Below, piece by piece: positions 1 through 8,870 of a stretch of DNA of 33,028 nucleotides (position 1 is the first letter of the stretch; each line of letters opens with the position of its first letter). The stretch is from an uncultured virus (IMG/VR IMGVR_UViG_3300045940_000149) (taxonomy: Duplodnaviria; Heunggongvirae; Uroviricota; Caudoviricetes): the IMG/VR virus record IMGVR_UViG_3300045940_000149; one strand, written 5' to 3'. The notes beneath the pieces are model-generated. The model was given only the letters and a program-made list of their open reading frames with translations. It was not told the DNA's origin and ran no database searches. The position numbers and the translations under genes are program-made.

Positions 1-441
1 GTTGCCGAATACGTGCTTGCGACTGCCGCGGGTGACGCCTTCAAGCCGGGTGTTGTCGGGATTGCTCGGATGCGTCTGCCCGTAGCGCGTGGTGTCGAGC
101 ATGTTGGTGAGCCACGGGTCTTTCCAGACACCATTCATGATCGCCCAAAAAGCAGCATCCAGTTTGGTTTCGAGAACGACCTGATCATTGTTGGCCATGA
201 TCACCGAGAAGCCGATGCGCGCGGTGTGATTGAAGCGGATGTTCCCGGCGTTGAAGTCGCCGTCCGGCACCATGCTCTCGTCGATGATGTAGACCCCGAG
301 ATAGGGCAGCAGATGCGGCTGCACCGGCACCATCTTGGTGCGCCGCTTGGTGAAGGTGGCGAACGGCGGCAACACCGCGACCTTGGCGAACAACACGTCG
401 CGCAGAATCAACGTGTAGCTCTGATCGTCGCTGATGCTCAC
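1..441 (-). CDS. Putative tail terminator/neck protein, 3' end truncated by window edge
   Basis: Open frame from GTG at 441 (GTGA overlap with stop of 438..800) to the window edge: SISDDQSYTLILRDVLFAKV...LPYLGVYIIDESMVPDGDFNAGNIRFNH. Not in the ORF track because it has no stop. Function inferred from position after the head-closure gene. Confidence 0.6.
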   Translation of the reverse strand, partial: MSISDDQSYTLILRDVLFAKVAVLPPFATFTKRRTKMVPVQPHLLPYLGVYIIDESMVPDGDFNAGNIRFNHTARIGFSVIMANNDQVVLETKLDAAFWAIMNGVWKDPWLTNMLDTTRYGQTHPSNPDNTRLEGVTRGSRKHVFGN

Positions 442-800
442 GGCGACTGGCGAACCATCACTTCCTTCAGCGTGAGCGTGGTTTCGCCGCCTGCGTTGTA
501 GGACGCGTCGGTGATCTCGAACATGCCGTGGACTTGGTGATTACTGTCGGTCGGGATATCGACTCGGTCGCCCTGCATCGGGATGACGGAGAATTCCGAG
601 TTCAGGATATCGAGGATGGTGCGCTGCTCCGACACGATCGATCCGTCGAGCGCCAGCACGTCGAGCTGCCGGGTGTCGAAGATCCCGCGGGCGGCGTAGC
701 TGCCCTGCAGTGGGATCGAGACGATCGGATAGAACGTCACCGGGATCGCCCACATATCGAAATTGGGCGCATAGATCAGCGTTCCGAAATCTACCGCCAT
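438..800 (-). CDS. Putative head-closure/head-tail joining protein (lambda FII-like)
   Basis: 120-aa beta-rich protein (ARGIFD...PMQGDRVDIP...GGETTLTLK) in the neck module, overlapping both neighbours. Confidence 0.6.
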   Translation of the reverse strand: MAVDFGTLIYAPNFDMWAIPVTFYPIVSIPLQGSYAARGIFDTRQLDVLALDGSIVSEQRTILDILNSEFSVIPMQGDRVDIPTDSNHQVHGMFEITDASYNAGGETTLTLKEVMVRQSP

Positions 801-1252
801 GCGAGATCAATCGTCTTGCTGAGCAATGTCCGCATGCGATCGACCAGCATGTCCCACATCTGCGGTCGCAGGATCGGTCGGCGTATGCCAACGCGCTGGC
901 GGACACGTGGGCGGAACTTGCTGCCGCGGGCCCGCAATAAGTCCTTGCGCGAGCGCGGCCAGACGCGCGTCTGATATTGGCGGGGCGGAACGAAATCCCC
1001 GCCTCCCGTTTCCCCATGACCGACGCTCGCCATCCGCGGCGTCAGGACCGGGACTGAGGCTTCCTGCCCGGCCAACATTTCCGAGTTCGGATACTGCCGG
1101 TTCATGTCCTCGGTTTCCCACGTCCGCATTTCGCGCACGATGCCTTCCGGCAATTCATAGTTCAGGTAGTTGATCAGGTCGGTGACCTGCTCGCCGACCG
1201 GAGCGTTATCGACCACGATCAGAATGCCCGGGACCGGGATGCCGTCAGCCAT
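791..1252 (-). CDS. Neck/tail-completion region protein (153 aa)
   Basis: Likely start is ATG 1252 (TGATG overlap with connector stop), MADGIPVPGILIVVD. Basic C-terminus; lies between connector and closure genes. Confidence 0.6.
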   Translation of the reverse strand: MADGIPVPGILIVVDNAPVGEQVTDLINYLNYELPEGIVREMRTWETEDMNRQYPNSEMLAGQEASVPVLTPRMASVGHGETGGGDFVPPRQYQTRVWPRSRKDLLRARGSKFRPRVRQRVGIRRPILRPQMWDMLVDRMRTLLSKTIDLAWR

Positions 1253-1905
1253 CAGACCGGATACCGCATGTAGTGGCTGAGCAGGCTCTTCACTGAACTC
1301 ATCTGCTGCGTGGTCAAGCCGCCGCCGGTCGCCCCACTGCCGCCACGGGCGTTCGGGTCGAAGAACATCACCCGCGCTTCCTTGTGGCTGAGCGAGCGGA
1401 TACCGGCGACCGCGGCCTGCGCGGCTTCGGTGCGGGCGCTGCGCAGCGCGATGCCGAGCGCTTGCTTGAGTGCCGCCGGGGCCTCGATCGGCAGCAGATA
1501 TCCGCCCCAATAGGTGATAACGGTCGGCGATTCCCACATGCCGTCGAGGATGGTGATCTTGCCGCTCTCTTCCTCGATCTCGTACATGCTGGGATCGAGC
1601 ACCACGCCTTCCGGCGACTCGACGCTCTCGATATCGTCCTCCTTGACCGGCCAGTGCGTGAGATAGATGCGCGGGCTCTGCGGCGGGCAATCGATCCAGC
1701 GCCACGTCTCGCGCACGTGCTCGTAGGCGAATTGCCGGTTGGCCTCGGTGGCGAGCCACGCCGACTGCTGGTCGATCAGCATCTGGAGCTGGGCGTCGCC
1801 GCTGGTATCGACCGCCGGAATGCCGAGAAAGGTCTTGGCCTCTTCCAGCGTCATGAACGCGTAGGAGCTGGCCGCCTGCAGGATCTTGACGGTTACGTCG
1901 GCCAT
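1252..1905 (-). CDS. Head-tail connector (gp6/gp15-like adaptor)
   Basis: MTLEEAKTFLGI...D..LQMLI..S.....EANRQF, ITYWGGY..P...PAALKQA, LLSHY; start ATG 1905 with TGATG overlap. Confidence 0.8.
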   Translation of the reverse strand: MADVTVKILQAASSYAFMTLEEAKTFLGIPAVDTSGDAQLQMLIDQQSAWLATEANRQFAYEHVRETWRWIDCPPQSPRIYLTHWPVKEDDIESVESPEGVVLDPSMYEIEEESGKITILDGMWESPTVITYWGGYLLPIEAPAALKQALGIALRSARTEAAQAAVAGIRSLSHKEARVMFFDPNARGGSGATGGGLTTQQMSSVKSLLSHYMRYPV

Positions 1906-2039
1906 CAGCGCTTCTTTCGCCAAGTGAACCGGAAGCCGAGAACGACGATGCTCGGTACCAGCCCATACCGTTCGGAGAACATCACGGTCGCGGTCTCGCG
2001 CCGGATGTTCAGCCGCCCACGACCCAACGGGATTGTCAT
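1905..2039 (-). CDS. Small hypothetical protein (44 aa, MTIPLGRGRLNIRRE...)
   Basis: Fills the gap exactly, with an ATGA overlap at 2036-2039 and a TGATG overlap at 1905. Confidence 0.5.
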   Translation of the reverse strand: MTIPLGRGRLNIRRETATVMFSERYGLVPSIVVLGFRFTWRKKR

Positions 2040-3631
2040 CGGATCTCGGTCTCGAATTCCTCGAACAGCGCCCGCAGCTCCAGCCGCGGTCCGGGGCTGC
2101 CGTCGCTCATCACCGGGGTGGCGGTGAAGGTCTTGCGGTCGAGCTGCCAGCCGGTGACGGCCGGGGCATCCTTCCCGGCCACGCCCATCGCGCCGACCGG
2201 TCCGACCTGACCGCGCTCGCCCTTCTCGCCCCTGTCGCCACGCTGGCCCTGCCGGGCAATCAGTTGCCAGTCCGGACCCGGGCACGGCCCGGGGCGATCC
2301 TTGCGGGCGATGAACGAGCCGCCATTGAGCACCACGATATCGAGCCGCTTGTAGTCGGCGATCTCATCGGAATAGGTGCCGCGGATCTCGGGGCTCGCGC
2401 CGTCGAGCCCGGCCAGTGCCAGACAGACGAAGTCGGCATGCGGCGGACAGGCACCGGTATCCTTGCGAGCCTGCCACGTCGCGCCCGCGTGCGTGATGCA
2501 CTCGCCGCGATAGGTCACCTGCCCGGACTTGAATTCGCGCACCGGCGGCAGCTCGCCGCGCTCGCCGCGGATGCCCTGCTCGCCACGCTCACCCTTCTCA
2601 CCGCGCTGGCCATGCTCACCACGCGGGCCCGGATCACCCTTCTCGCCGCGCTCGCCCTTGTCGCCCTTGGTGCCGATCGGACCGATCAGGCCCTGCAGAC
2701 CGACATCGCCACGGTCGCCTTTCTCGCCCTTCTCGCCACGCTCACCCGGATCACCCTTGGTGCCGATCAGTCCGACCGGGCCCTGCGCACCGATATCGCC
2801 GCGCTCGCCCTTCTCGCCACGTTCGCCGCGCTCGCCCTTCTCGCCGACGCCGTTCAGACCATTCTCGCCCTTGTCGCCGGGCAGACCCTTCTCGCCGCGC
2901 TCGCCTTTGTCGCCGCGCACCCCGGGCATACCGGGCGCACCTTGCACACCCTTCTCGCCTTTCTCACCCTTCTCGCCGCGCTCGCCGCGCACGCCCTGCG
3001 GACCGAGTTCGCCCTTCTCGCCTCTGTCACCGCGCTCGCCGCGCTCGCCGACTGCGCCGATCAGGCCGACCAGACCCTGCGGCCCGGGGTCGCCACGATC
3101 GCCCTTGTCGCCGCGCTCGCCCTTGTCGCCACGCTCGCCCTTCTCACCGGGCAATCCCTTCTCGCCGGTTGCGCCGGGCTCGCCCTTCTCACCCCACTCA
3201 CCGGGCTCTCCCTGCTCACCGATCTCGCCGGGCTCACCCTTGTCGCCTTTCTCGCCGGGAAGACCCGGCGGGCCAGCGTCGCCGCGCTCGCCAGCCGGGC
3301 CCCTCTCCCCCGCAGCTCCCGCCGGTCCTTCCGGTCCTGCCGGACCTTCCGCACCTGCCGCCCCCGGTTGTCCATCGATACCGTCGCGCACCGACTTCAT
3401 CAGCTCGGTGACGCCGCTGACGAAGTTCGAATGCAGGGCGGTGAATTCAATGCGCAGCTCGGCGATCATCCGCCGCGACTGCTCTTCGATCAGCTCGCGT
3501 TCGCGACGCCACTCGCGCCGCTCTTCTTCGAGGATGCCAGCCAGCGCCTCGCGCCACGCATCAAGCAGTACGTCGGCGTGCGATTCGCTCGGCGGCTGAC
3601 CGAATGTTTCGGATTTCCCGTTGGAGGTCAT
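2036..3631 (-). CDS. Collagen triple-helix repeat structural protein (~531 aa)
   Basis: About 92 Gly-X-Y triplets (2549-3382, one GVG interruption), N-terminal coiled coil, C-terminal beta domains. AAGGA SD before ATG 3631 (alternative start 3637); overlaps the portal 3' end. Confidence 0.85.
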   Translation of the reverse strand: MTSNGKSETFGQPPSESHADVLLDAWREALAGILEEERREWRRERELIEEQSRRMIAELRIEFTALHSNFVSGVTELMKSVRDGIDGQPGAAGAEGPAGPEGPAGAAGERGPAGERGDAGPPGLPGEKGDKGEPGEIGEQGEPGEWGEKGEPGATGEKGLPGEKGERGDKGERGDKGDRGDPGPQGLVGLIGAVGERGERGDRGEKGELGPQGVRGERGEKGEKGEKGVQGAPGMPGVRGDKGERGEKGLPGDKGENGLNGVGEKGERGERGEKGERGDIGAQGPVGLIGTKGDPGERGEKGEKGDRGDVGLQGLIGPIGTKGDKGERGEKGDPGPRGEHGQRGEKGERGEQGIRGERGELPPVREFKSGQVTYRGECITHAGATWQARKDTGACPPHADFVCLALAGLDGASPEIRGTYSDEIADYKRLDIVVLNGGSFIARKDRPGPCPGPDWQLIARQGQRGDRGEKGERGQVGPVGAMGVAGKDAPAVTGWQLDRKTFTATPVMSDGSPGPRLELRALFEEFETEIR

Positions 3632-5021
3632 TTGCATAGTCCTTCGCCGGTTTCGGCTCGGGCTTGGGTTCGGGCTTCTCTTCGGTGATCTTCTGCGCAG
3701 CAGACGACGGCTGTCCGGGTGACGGCGGCGCGGCAGGAATTGCTGCCGCAGCCGAAAGCGGGACAACCTGCTGCTGCACTCTCGGCTCCGATCCATGCGG
3801 TACGGAATCGTAGCCTTCGAGATTTCGGGCCTCGTTCGGAGCCATGACGCCGCCCTGCACACCGCGCACCAGCGCGTCGATGCGATCCTTGAAGGCGGTG
3901 CGCAGCAATGCTGCGGTATCGAACTCCACGTACTCGTCGGGCTGACCGCGCAACTCGAACAGCAGGCCGAATGATTCCTCGATGTGGTTCAGCGCAAAGC
4001 CGAGACCGGTGGCGATCCACGATTGCATCATCATCTCGGTGGACGATGCCGGTCCGCCGAGCCCAAGGATCTGCAACGGAACGCGGAAGGCGAGCGCGAT
4101 CTTCTGATCGGTCAGCTTCATCACTTCCGCCAGCTCGGAGTCCTTCGGGCTCTGCCCCCACGGCTGCACCTTCAGCCCGGCGGTCAGGATCGGAACGCCA
4201 CCGGAGCACAGCCCCTTGGCCTGCTCGTTCCAGCGATCCCGCAGCGCCGCCGTCTGCTCGGGCGAGAGCACCAGATCGGTGGACAGCACGGCGCTCGGCC
4301 GCGCTTGGTTCATGTAGAACTGGATCTGCTGATCGAGGATCGCCGACGATGCCGCCAGATCGGCCAGCGCCGCAGTCAATGGCGACTCGCCCAACAACGG
4401 GCGCGGATGCCGTTTGCCGCTGTGCAGCCGGATGTGCAGCACGTCGCGCATCGGCACCAGCGTCTCTTCGTAACCGAGCTGATAGCCGAGCCGGTAATCG
4501 ATCACGTCATTGCCGCCCAAGCGATAGAACACATCGCCGGTCTGGCGCGCGACCATCGGAGTGGACTGGCGCGGGTCCATCAGGTGCAATTCGACGATCT
4601 CGTAGCGATCATTGCGCACCGCCAGCGCATAGGCATTGCCGTCGAGATAGAGCGAGCGGGTGGCATTGAGCATGAAGTCGCTCATGCTCTGGTAGTAGTT
4701 CGGCTTGCGCAGCACGCGCGAGAGCGACGAGTTGATGATCCGGTCGCGTCCGCCCTTGGTGTTCGCGCGCCAGTGATCCCCCGGGCACATTGCAACGGTC
4801 TGTGCGTAGGCCGAGACGCACGCCTCGACCATGGCCGACTGACTCGATCGGCTTTCGACATCGTATCCGTTCTGCCACCAATTCCAGTACTGACCGGCCT
4901 CGGCGCTGAGCCAGCCGCCCGTGACCGGAAGATGGTACGGACCGGGGCGATATTCGCCTTCGGCGGCGCGCTGAACCAACGCGCCGCCGAGACGAGATAT
5001 GAGCCTACGAACTCTGCTCAT
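3561..5021 (-). CDS. Phage portal protein, HK97 family
   Basis: VEACV, LRKPNYYQS, LYLDGNAYA, DVLHIR, GESPL, ARPSAVL, IALAFRVP, GVMAPNEARNLEG motifs. Confidence 0.95.
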   Translation of the reverse strand: MSRVRRLISRLGGALVQRAAEGEYRPGPYHLPVTGGWLSAEAGQYWNWWQNGYDVESRSSQSAMVEACVSAYAQTVAMCPGDHWRANTKGGRDRIINSSLSRVLRKPNYYQSMSDFMLNATRSLYLDGNAYALAVRNDRYEIVELHLMDPRQSTPMVARQTGDVFYRLGGNDVIDYRLGYQLGYEETLVPMRDVLHIRLHSGKRHPRPLLGESPLTAALADLAASSAILDQQIQFYMNQARPSAVLSTDLVLSPEQTAALRDRWNEQAKGLCSGGVPILTAGLKVQPWGQSPKDSELAEVMKLTDQKIALAFRVPLQILGLGGPASSTEMMMQSWIATGLGFALNHIEESFGLLFELRGQPDEYVEFDTAALLRTAFKDRIDALVRGVQGGVMAPNEARNLEGYDSVPHGSEPRVQQQVVPLSAAAAIPAAPPSPGQPSSAAQKITEEKPEPKPEPKPAKDYANDLQREIRNIRSAAERIARRRTA

Positions 5022-5302
5022 TCCTTCGGCTTTGAAGCTGGTGCGACGCTGCGGGTGGCGTAGCCAGCCTGCGCTGGCTTGGCCTCGACTGTCCGCCGGA
5101 CCATCTGCATCTGCATCTCCGGTCCGGAACCGTCGTCGGCCTTCGGATCAACGACCACGCCGAGCTTGGCGAGATCGTTCTCTTCCTGCGTCGGCGTCGG
5201 CGTGCTCCCCTCTGCCGGGTTGCCCTCCTTCACCGCCGCTGTGCGGGCTGCCTTGTTTTCCGCGATGACTTTCCTCGCCGCGGTCTCTGCTTGATCGGCC
5301 AT
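5018..5302 (-). CDS. Conserved small head-module protein (PTPTQEENDLAKLG)
   Basis: 94 aa, AGGAG SD, ATGA overlap with portal start, located between capsid and portal. Confidence 0.75.
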   Translation of the reverse strand: MADQAETAARKVIAENKAARTAAVKEGNPAEGSTPTPTQEENDLAKLGVVVDPKADDGSGPEMQMQMVRRTVEAKPAQAGYATRSVAPASKPKE

Positions 5303-5338
5303 GATGATCTCCTTTCCGATCGTTCGAAGTTCAGATCA

Positions 5339-5415
5339 GATTTGGCACACGGAGCTGTACGCAAAGCGAACAAACGCGAACAAAATGTTCCGTTTGCCAA
5401 ACCGTTTGCCAAATC
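5339..5415. repeat. Tandem plus inverted 12-bp repeat after capsid stop
   Basis: CCGTTTGCCAAA at 5390-5401 and 5402-5413; inverted copy TTTGGCACACGG (11/12) at 5341-5352; CGAACAAA twice inside. Confidence 0.7.
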
Positions 5416-7669
5416 ACCACGTGACCGCGGTGAGCCAAGAGACGGTGCCGGTGCGCCTGAGAGCCCAATTCAGAGGAAGGATGAGCCTCAGAGCGAGCGA
5501 ATCCGTCTGCCACAACGAACGCGTCGGATCGGCAGCGGTGGTGCCCGCGACGATCGGCAGCGGAGTCGTATCCTCCATATGAAGCGTCGCCTGATCGCTG
5601 ATCTCGAAGCGAGGGGCTTCGCCTCCGACCACCACGAAGTCCGCAGCGTCGATGCAGATCACGGTGGAGACCGGCACGGTGCCGGACGTGATCAGCTTGG
5701 CACCGCGCAACCGCCCGGCCGCCACTTCGTCGGCAAACGGGAACAGCCCGCCCGGGACTGGTGGCTGGATCAGGCTGATGCTCAGCGCCTGCTGCGGGTT
5801 CATGATGAAGGCCATGTTGCGGATGTTGCCGTTGGTGGCCGTCAGCAGTGCGCCGGTGAGCTGCTTGATATCGCCCACCAGTGCGGCGAACCCGCCGCCC
5901 GCGGTCGGCGTGAGACCGACCACGCCGTTGCGAATGCCAGCCGGACGGATGGCGGTCGCCGCGTTGCTGTCGAGCAGCACCGAGTCGATCGACACCGCGG
6001 TGTCCTCTTGGATCGCGTTGCGCAGCAAGCCCTCGATCGCGGGCACCGAATGCTCGTCAATCTCTCTGGACCAACTGGTGATCACGGCCATTTTCTTGGG
6101 GGTCAAGAGCACCGACGAGAATGCGGCCTGACGGACCGGGATCGGCTGACCTTCACCGACGAACGATCCCGCGATGGTCGGCGTCGCCGCCCGAGTCGGA
6201 ACGGCGATGCGACCGTTGCGCCCGAAGCTCAGCGACATGCCGAGTGCCGACAACTGCGGAAACACCGCCTGCGGCTGCAGGGTTTCCATGAACGACGCGT
6301 TGACCTGCTGGACCAGCTCGGCCGCCCAGCCCGCAACCGTGGTCAACGCTGGAGCGCTTGCCGCCTTGGCGCAGTAATCGACGATCACCTTGGTGGCTTC
6401 GTCGTTGCCGTAAATCTTCTGTCGGCAAACGTCGATGCTGTCGCCGGTGACCTTCGACATATAGCGCACGGTGCCCGCGCGAACGAGATATTCGAGCGGG
6501 TCCATCTTGCGCACCGGCAGGCCGAACGGCCGCTTGGCGGTATCGACGCTGCCGCCATTCTTCACGACGGTGCCGCCACCGTTACCGCCGTCGCCGCCGC
6601 CGCTGGCGTTGTTGGCCGCGCTGGCCAGCCTCGCTTCGGCGTCACGCAGAGCGCCAAGCCCCTTCTCTTCCTGCGTGATCTTGGCATTGAGTTCGTTGGT
6701 GAGCGTGATCTGCTCGTCGGTGACGGCAGTGTCATCGACGGACTTCAGATGCTCGGTGAGCTGGTCACGCAAGTTCAGCAACCGGGCCTGTGCGTCTGTG
6801 ACGCGTTGCGCCAGTGTAGTCATGGCTTTGGACTTTCCACTTCGAGACGTGTCGGCGTGCTTGCCGTGAGCGCCCCGGCGAGCGTTCCCGTTTCCCTTGC
6901 CGTGCTTGGCAAAAACGAGATCGATCGTCCCGGACGAAACGCGGAGTGACTTGGCGACCGCCAGAGCGTTGGGGTTGGCTGGCACCGCGACCAGTGAGGT
7001 CTCGATCAGCTCGCAACGCTTGTAGGTGATGCCGCCCATCGGCTCCGACGACTTGCGCGGTTCACTGTCGATCGGACGGAAGCCGACCGAAGTGGCACGC
7101 AAGATTCCTGCATCGACCAGCTTGCGGATCTCGTCGATGCGAGCGGAGGTTCCCTCGGGCGCGAGCTGCAGATGCCCGCGCAGAGAATTGCCTTCGATCC
7201 ACAACGACTTCCACATGCCGATCACAAAATCCGGATTGTGATTGAAGAGAGCCACGGGATTTTTTCGAAAGTTCGTAAGATCCCAGCCCTCGGCCACGAT
7301 CACGTCGCCCATCCGATCGGGCGTGTCGTCGCTCAGGATGAACATCATCCCGCTCTCGCTCGGCGACGCGTGCGTCTTGTGCTTGAGGCGACGGCCGCTG
7401 GCGGACTTCTCGCCCTCGTCTTCCCAGATCAGGTGGCACTCTTCTTCGTCGCCACCTTCATCGATGCAGCGTTCGATGAAATCGTTGTAGTCCTCGCCGG
7501 GCTCTGGCTCACAGTGCCCGCCCGCTTCGAGGTATCCCTTCTGCCCGTACATGCTGATGCAGGCTGCGACCGCCTGATCCTTCTCGCGCTTCCCGTCACC
7601 CATCATCTCGGGGACGCAGCGGCTGAGAAAATCCGATCGGCTCTCGCCATCCTTTGGCTTCATCGGCAT
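5414..7669 (-). CDS. Prohead protease (HK97-type) - major capsid protein fusion
   Basis: Protease motifs DRMGDVI, NPVALFNH, SVGFRP, ELIETSLVAVPANPNAL; coiled-coil delta domain; capsid motifs FVGEGQPIP, LTPKKMAVIT, SLWQTDSLALR; AGGAG SD. Confidence 0.95.
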   Translation of the reverse strand: MPMKPKDGESRSDFLSRCVPEMMGDGKREKDQAVAACISMYGQKGYLEAGGHCEPEPGEDYNDFIERCIDEGGDEEECHLIWEDEGEKSASGRRLKHKTHASPSESGMMFILSDDTPDRMGDVIVAEGWDLTNFRKNPVALFNHNPDFVIGMWKSLWIEGNSLRGHLQLAPEGTSARIDEIRKLVDAGILRATSVGFRPIDSEPRKSSEPMGGITYKRCELIETSLVAVPANPNALAVAKSLRVSSGTIDLVFAKHGKGNGNARRGAHGKHADTSRSGKSKAMTTLAQRVTDAQARLLNLRDQLTEHLKSVDDTAVTDEQITLTNELNAKITQEEKGLGALRDAEARLASAANNASGGGDGGNGGGTVVKNGGSVDTAKRPFGLPVRKMDPLEYLVRAGTVRYMSKVTGDSIDVCRQKIYGNDEATKVIVDYCAKAASAPALTTVAGWAAELVQQVNASFMETLQPQAVFPQLSALGMSLSFGRNGRIAVPTRAATPTIAGSFVGEGQPIPVRQAAFSSVLLTPKKMAVITSWSREIDEHSVPAIEGLLRNAIQEDTAVSIDSVLLDSNAATAIRPAGIRNGVVGLTPTAGGGFAALVGDIKQLTGALLTATNGNIRNMAFIMNPQQALSISLIQPPVPGGLFPFADEVAAGRLRGAKLITSGTVPVSTVICIDAADFVVVGGEAPRFEISDQATLHMEDTTPLPIVAGTTAADPTRSLWQTDSLALRLILPLNWALRRTGTVSWLTAVTW

Positions 7670-7694
7670 GGAACTCTCCTACTTTTATTTCCGC

Positions 7695-7711
7695 TAGGCT
7701 CCCACGCCCTA
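7695..7711. promoter_or_regulatory. TAGG-N9-CCTA palindromic operator (capsid-proximal)
   Basis: TAGGCTCCCACGCCCTA, 25 bp upstream of the capsid ATG. Confidence 0.6.
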
Positions 7712-7739
7712 CTTGAAAGTAGGCCACCATGGCCTATAT
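7712..7739 (+). promoter_or_regulatory. Island promoter P1 with operator 7720-7736
   Basis: CTTGAA-N16-CTATAT; contains TAGGCCA-CCA-TGGCCTA (perfect 7-bp arms). Confidence 0.75.
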
Positions 7740-7954
7740 AAGTAGTGGAAGGAGGGAAGCCGGAAAGGCCGGAAGAGATTGCGGAACGGACTGAGGATGC
7801 GTGCTTGGGGTCCGGGGAGACGGGATTGCCTACGCACCGGGCCACACAACCTCCCCTCCGTCTGACGGCAGCGGCAGGAACGCGGGATCTAGAGCCCCCG
7901 CTACGAGACCGGTCCGACTGCCGATTTGAGCCCCCGGCCCGCGGCCCAAGAGCG

Positions 7955-8170
7955 ATGTTCTTCGGAATCTGGACGGTCATCGGTGGTGTTGCTGGTTGGC
8001 TCAAGGACGCCAACGGCGACATCTGGAAGTTCGCAACCGCCAAGGACGCCGCGGCGGTTGCTCACGCAAAGCGGGTCAGAACCAAGCACCGCGCCATGGT
8101 CAATTTCTCGGTCGCTGCGCTGATCCCGCTCGCCACCGCCAAGGTGGCTGGGAACCGGGTGCTCATGTGA
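7955..8170 (+). CDS. Hypothetical protein (71 aa, MFFGIWTVIGG...)
   Basis: ATG 7955 after AAGAG; codon usage like other island genes; the upstream part of the ORF looks like structured leader. Confidence 0.6.
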   Translation: MFFGIWTVIGGVAGWLKDANGDIWKFATAKDAAAVAHAKRVRTKHRAMVNFSVAALIPLATAKVAGNRVLM

Positions 8171-8186
8171 GGAAGGAAGCAAGCTG

Positions 8187-8759
8187 ATGGGTTGGACGTA
8201 TACCTACCGCCCGAAGGGCGTGACCACCGCCGACTGGTTCGAGCGCGAGTTCGGGATGAAGTTCAAGGCCACGGCCACCAAGGCCGGGGTGTTCTACGCC
8301 GTCATCGAGCTTGATGCCGAGAAGGAAGCCCGGCTGGTGCCGGACGCCAACGGCAAGGTTCGGGTCGCGCTGGTGCTCCTGACCAAGTGGGCCAAGGGCG
8401 ACTACAACTTCGGCTGGAAGGACATGGACGAGTTCATGGGCCCGGTCGAGAGCACCGCGCCCGCCGCGGTCCTCGATTTCTTGTCGCCGATCGCCGACGA
8501 CGCCAAGGGCGACGGTGCCAAGTACGCACGCGACTGGCGCGCTCGCTGCCGGGCCAACATCGACCGGCGCAAGGCCGCCCCCAAGCTCCGGGCCGGGATG
8601 GTCGTCAAGCTCCCCGCGCCGATGGAGTTCCGCAACGGGGCGAAGATCGACACCTTCACGGTCGTGAAGCGTGGCCGGAAGGTTCTGTTCCGGAACGACT
8701 ACGTGCTCTACCGGCTGACCGCCCGAGCCCGCGAAAATTTGTTGGTCGTCACCGGATAG
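8187..8759 (+). CDS. DUF6927-like protein
   Basis: MGW start; FYAV; FGWKDMDEFMGP...P..VLDFLSP...ARDWRARCR signature recalled for this plasmid/phage family. Confidence 0.7.
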   Translation: MGWTYTYRPKGVTTADWFEREFGMKFKATATKAGVFYAVIELDAEKEARLVPDANGKVRVALVLLTKWAKGDYNFGWKDMDEFMGPVESTAPAAVLDFLSPIADDAKGDGAKYARDWRARCRANIDRRKAAPKLRAGMVVKLPAPMEFRNGAKIDTFTVVKRGRKVLFRNDYVLYRLTARARENLLVVTG

Positions 8760-8793
8760 GCCCCCTTGCCCTATAGGCCACCACGCCCTATAT
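8757..8793 (+). promoter_or_regulatory. Island promoter P2 with tandem operators 8757-8773 and 8774-8790
   Basis: CTTGCC(8765)-N17-CTATAT(8788); TAGGCCCCCTTGCCCTA directly followed by TAGGCCACCACGCCCTA. Confidence 0.8.
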
Positions 8794-8870
8794 AAGTAGT
8801 GGAGAGAGGGAGAGCCGGATGGCGGTGGCCACCGCGTGACACGCCCGGCTCTCCGGAAAGGGAAGGACGA

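Noticed and set aside
2033..3688. Plus-strand 551-aa and 356-aa repetitive ORFs
   Set aside because: Antisense frames of the collagen repeat
5368..5390. LexA box-like GAAC repeats
   Set aside because: Spacings are GAAC-N6-GAAC and GAAC-N5-GTTC, matching neither the alphaproteobacterial N7 direct repeat nor the Gram-positive N4 palindrome
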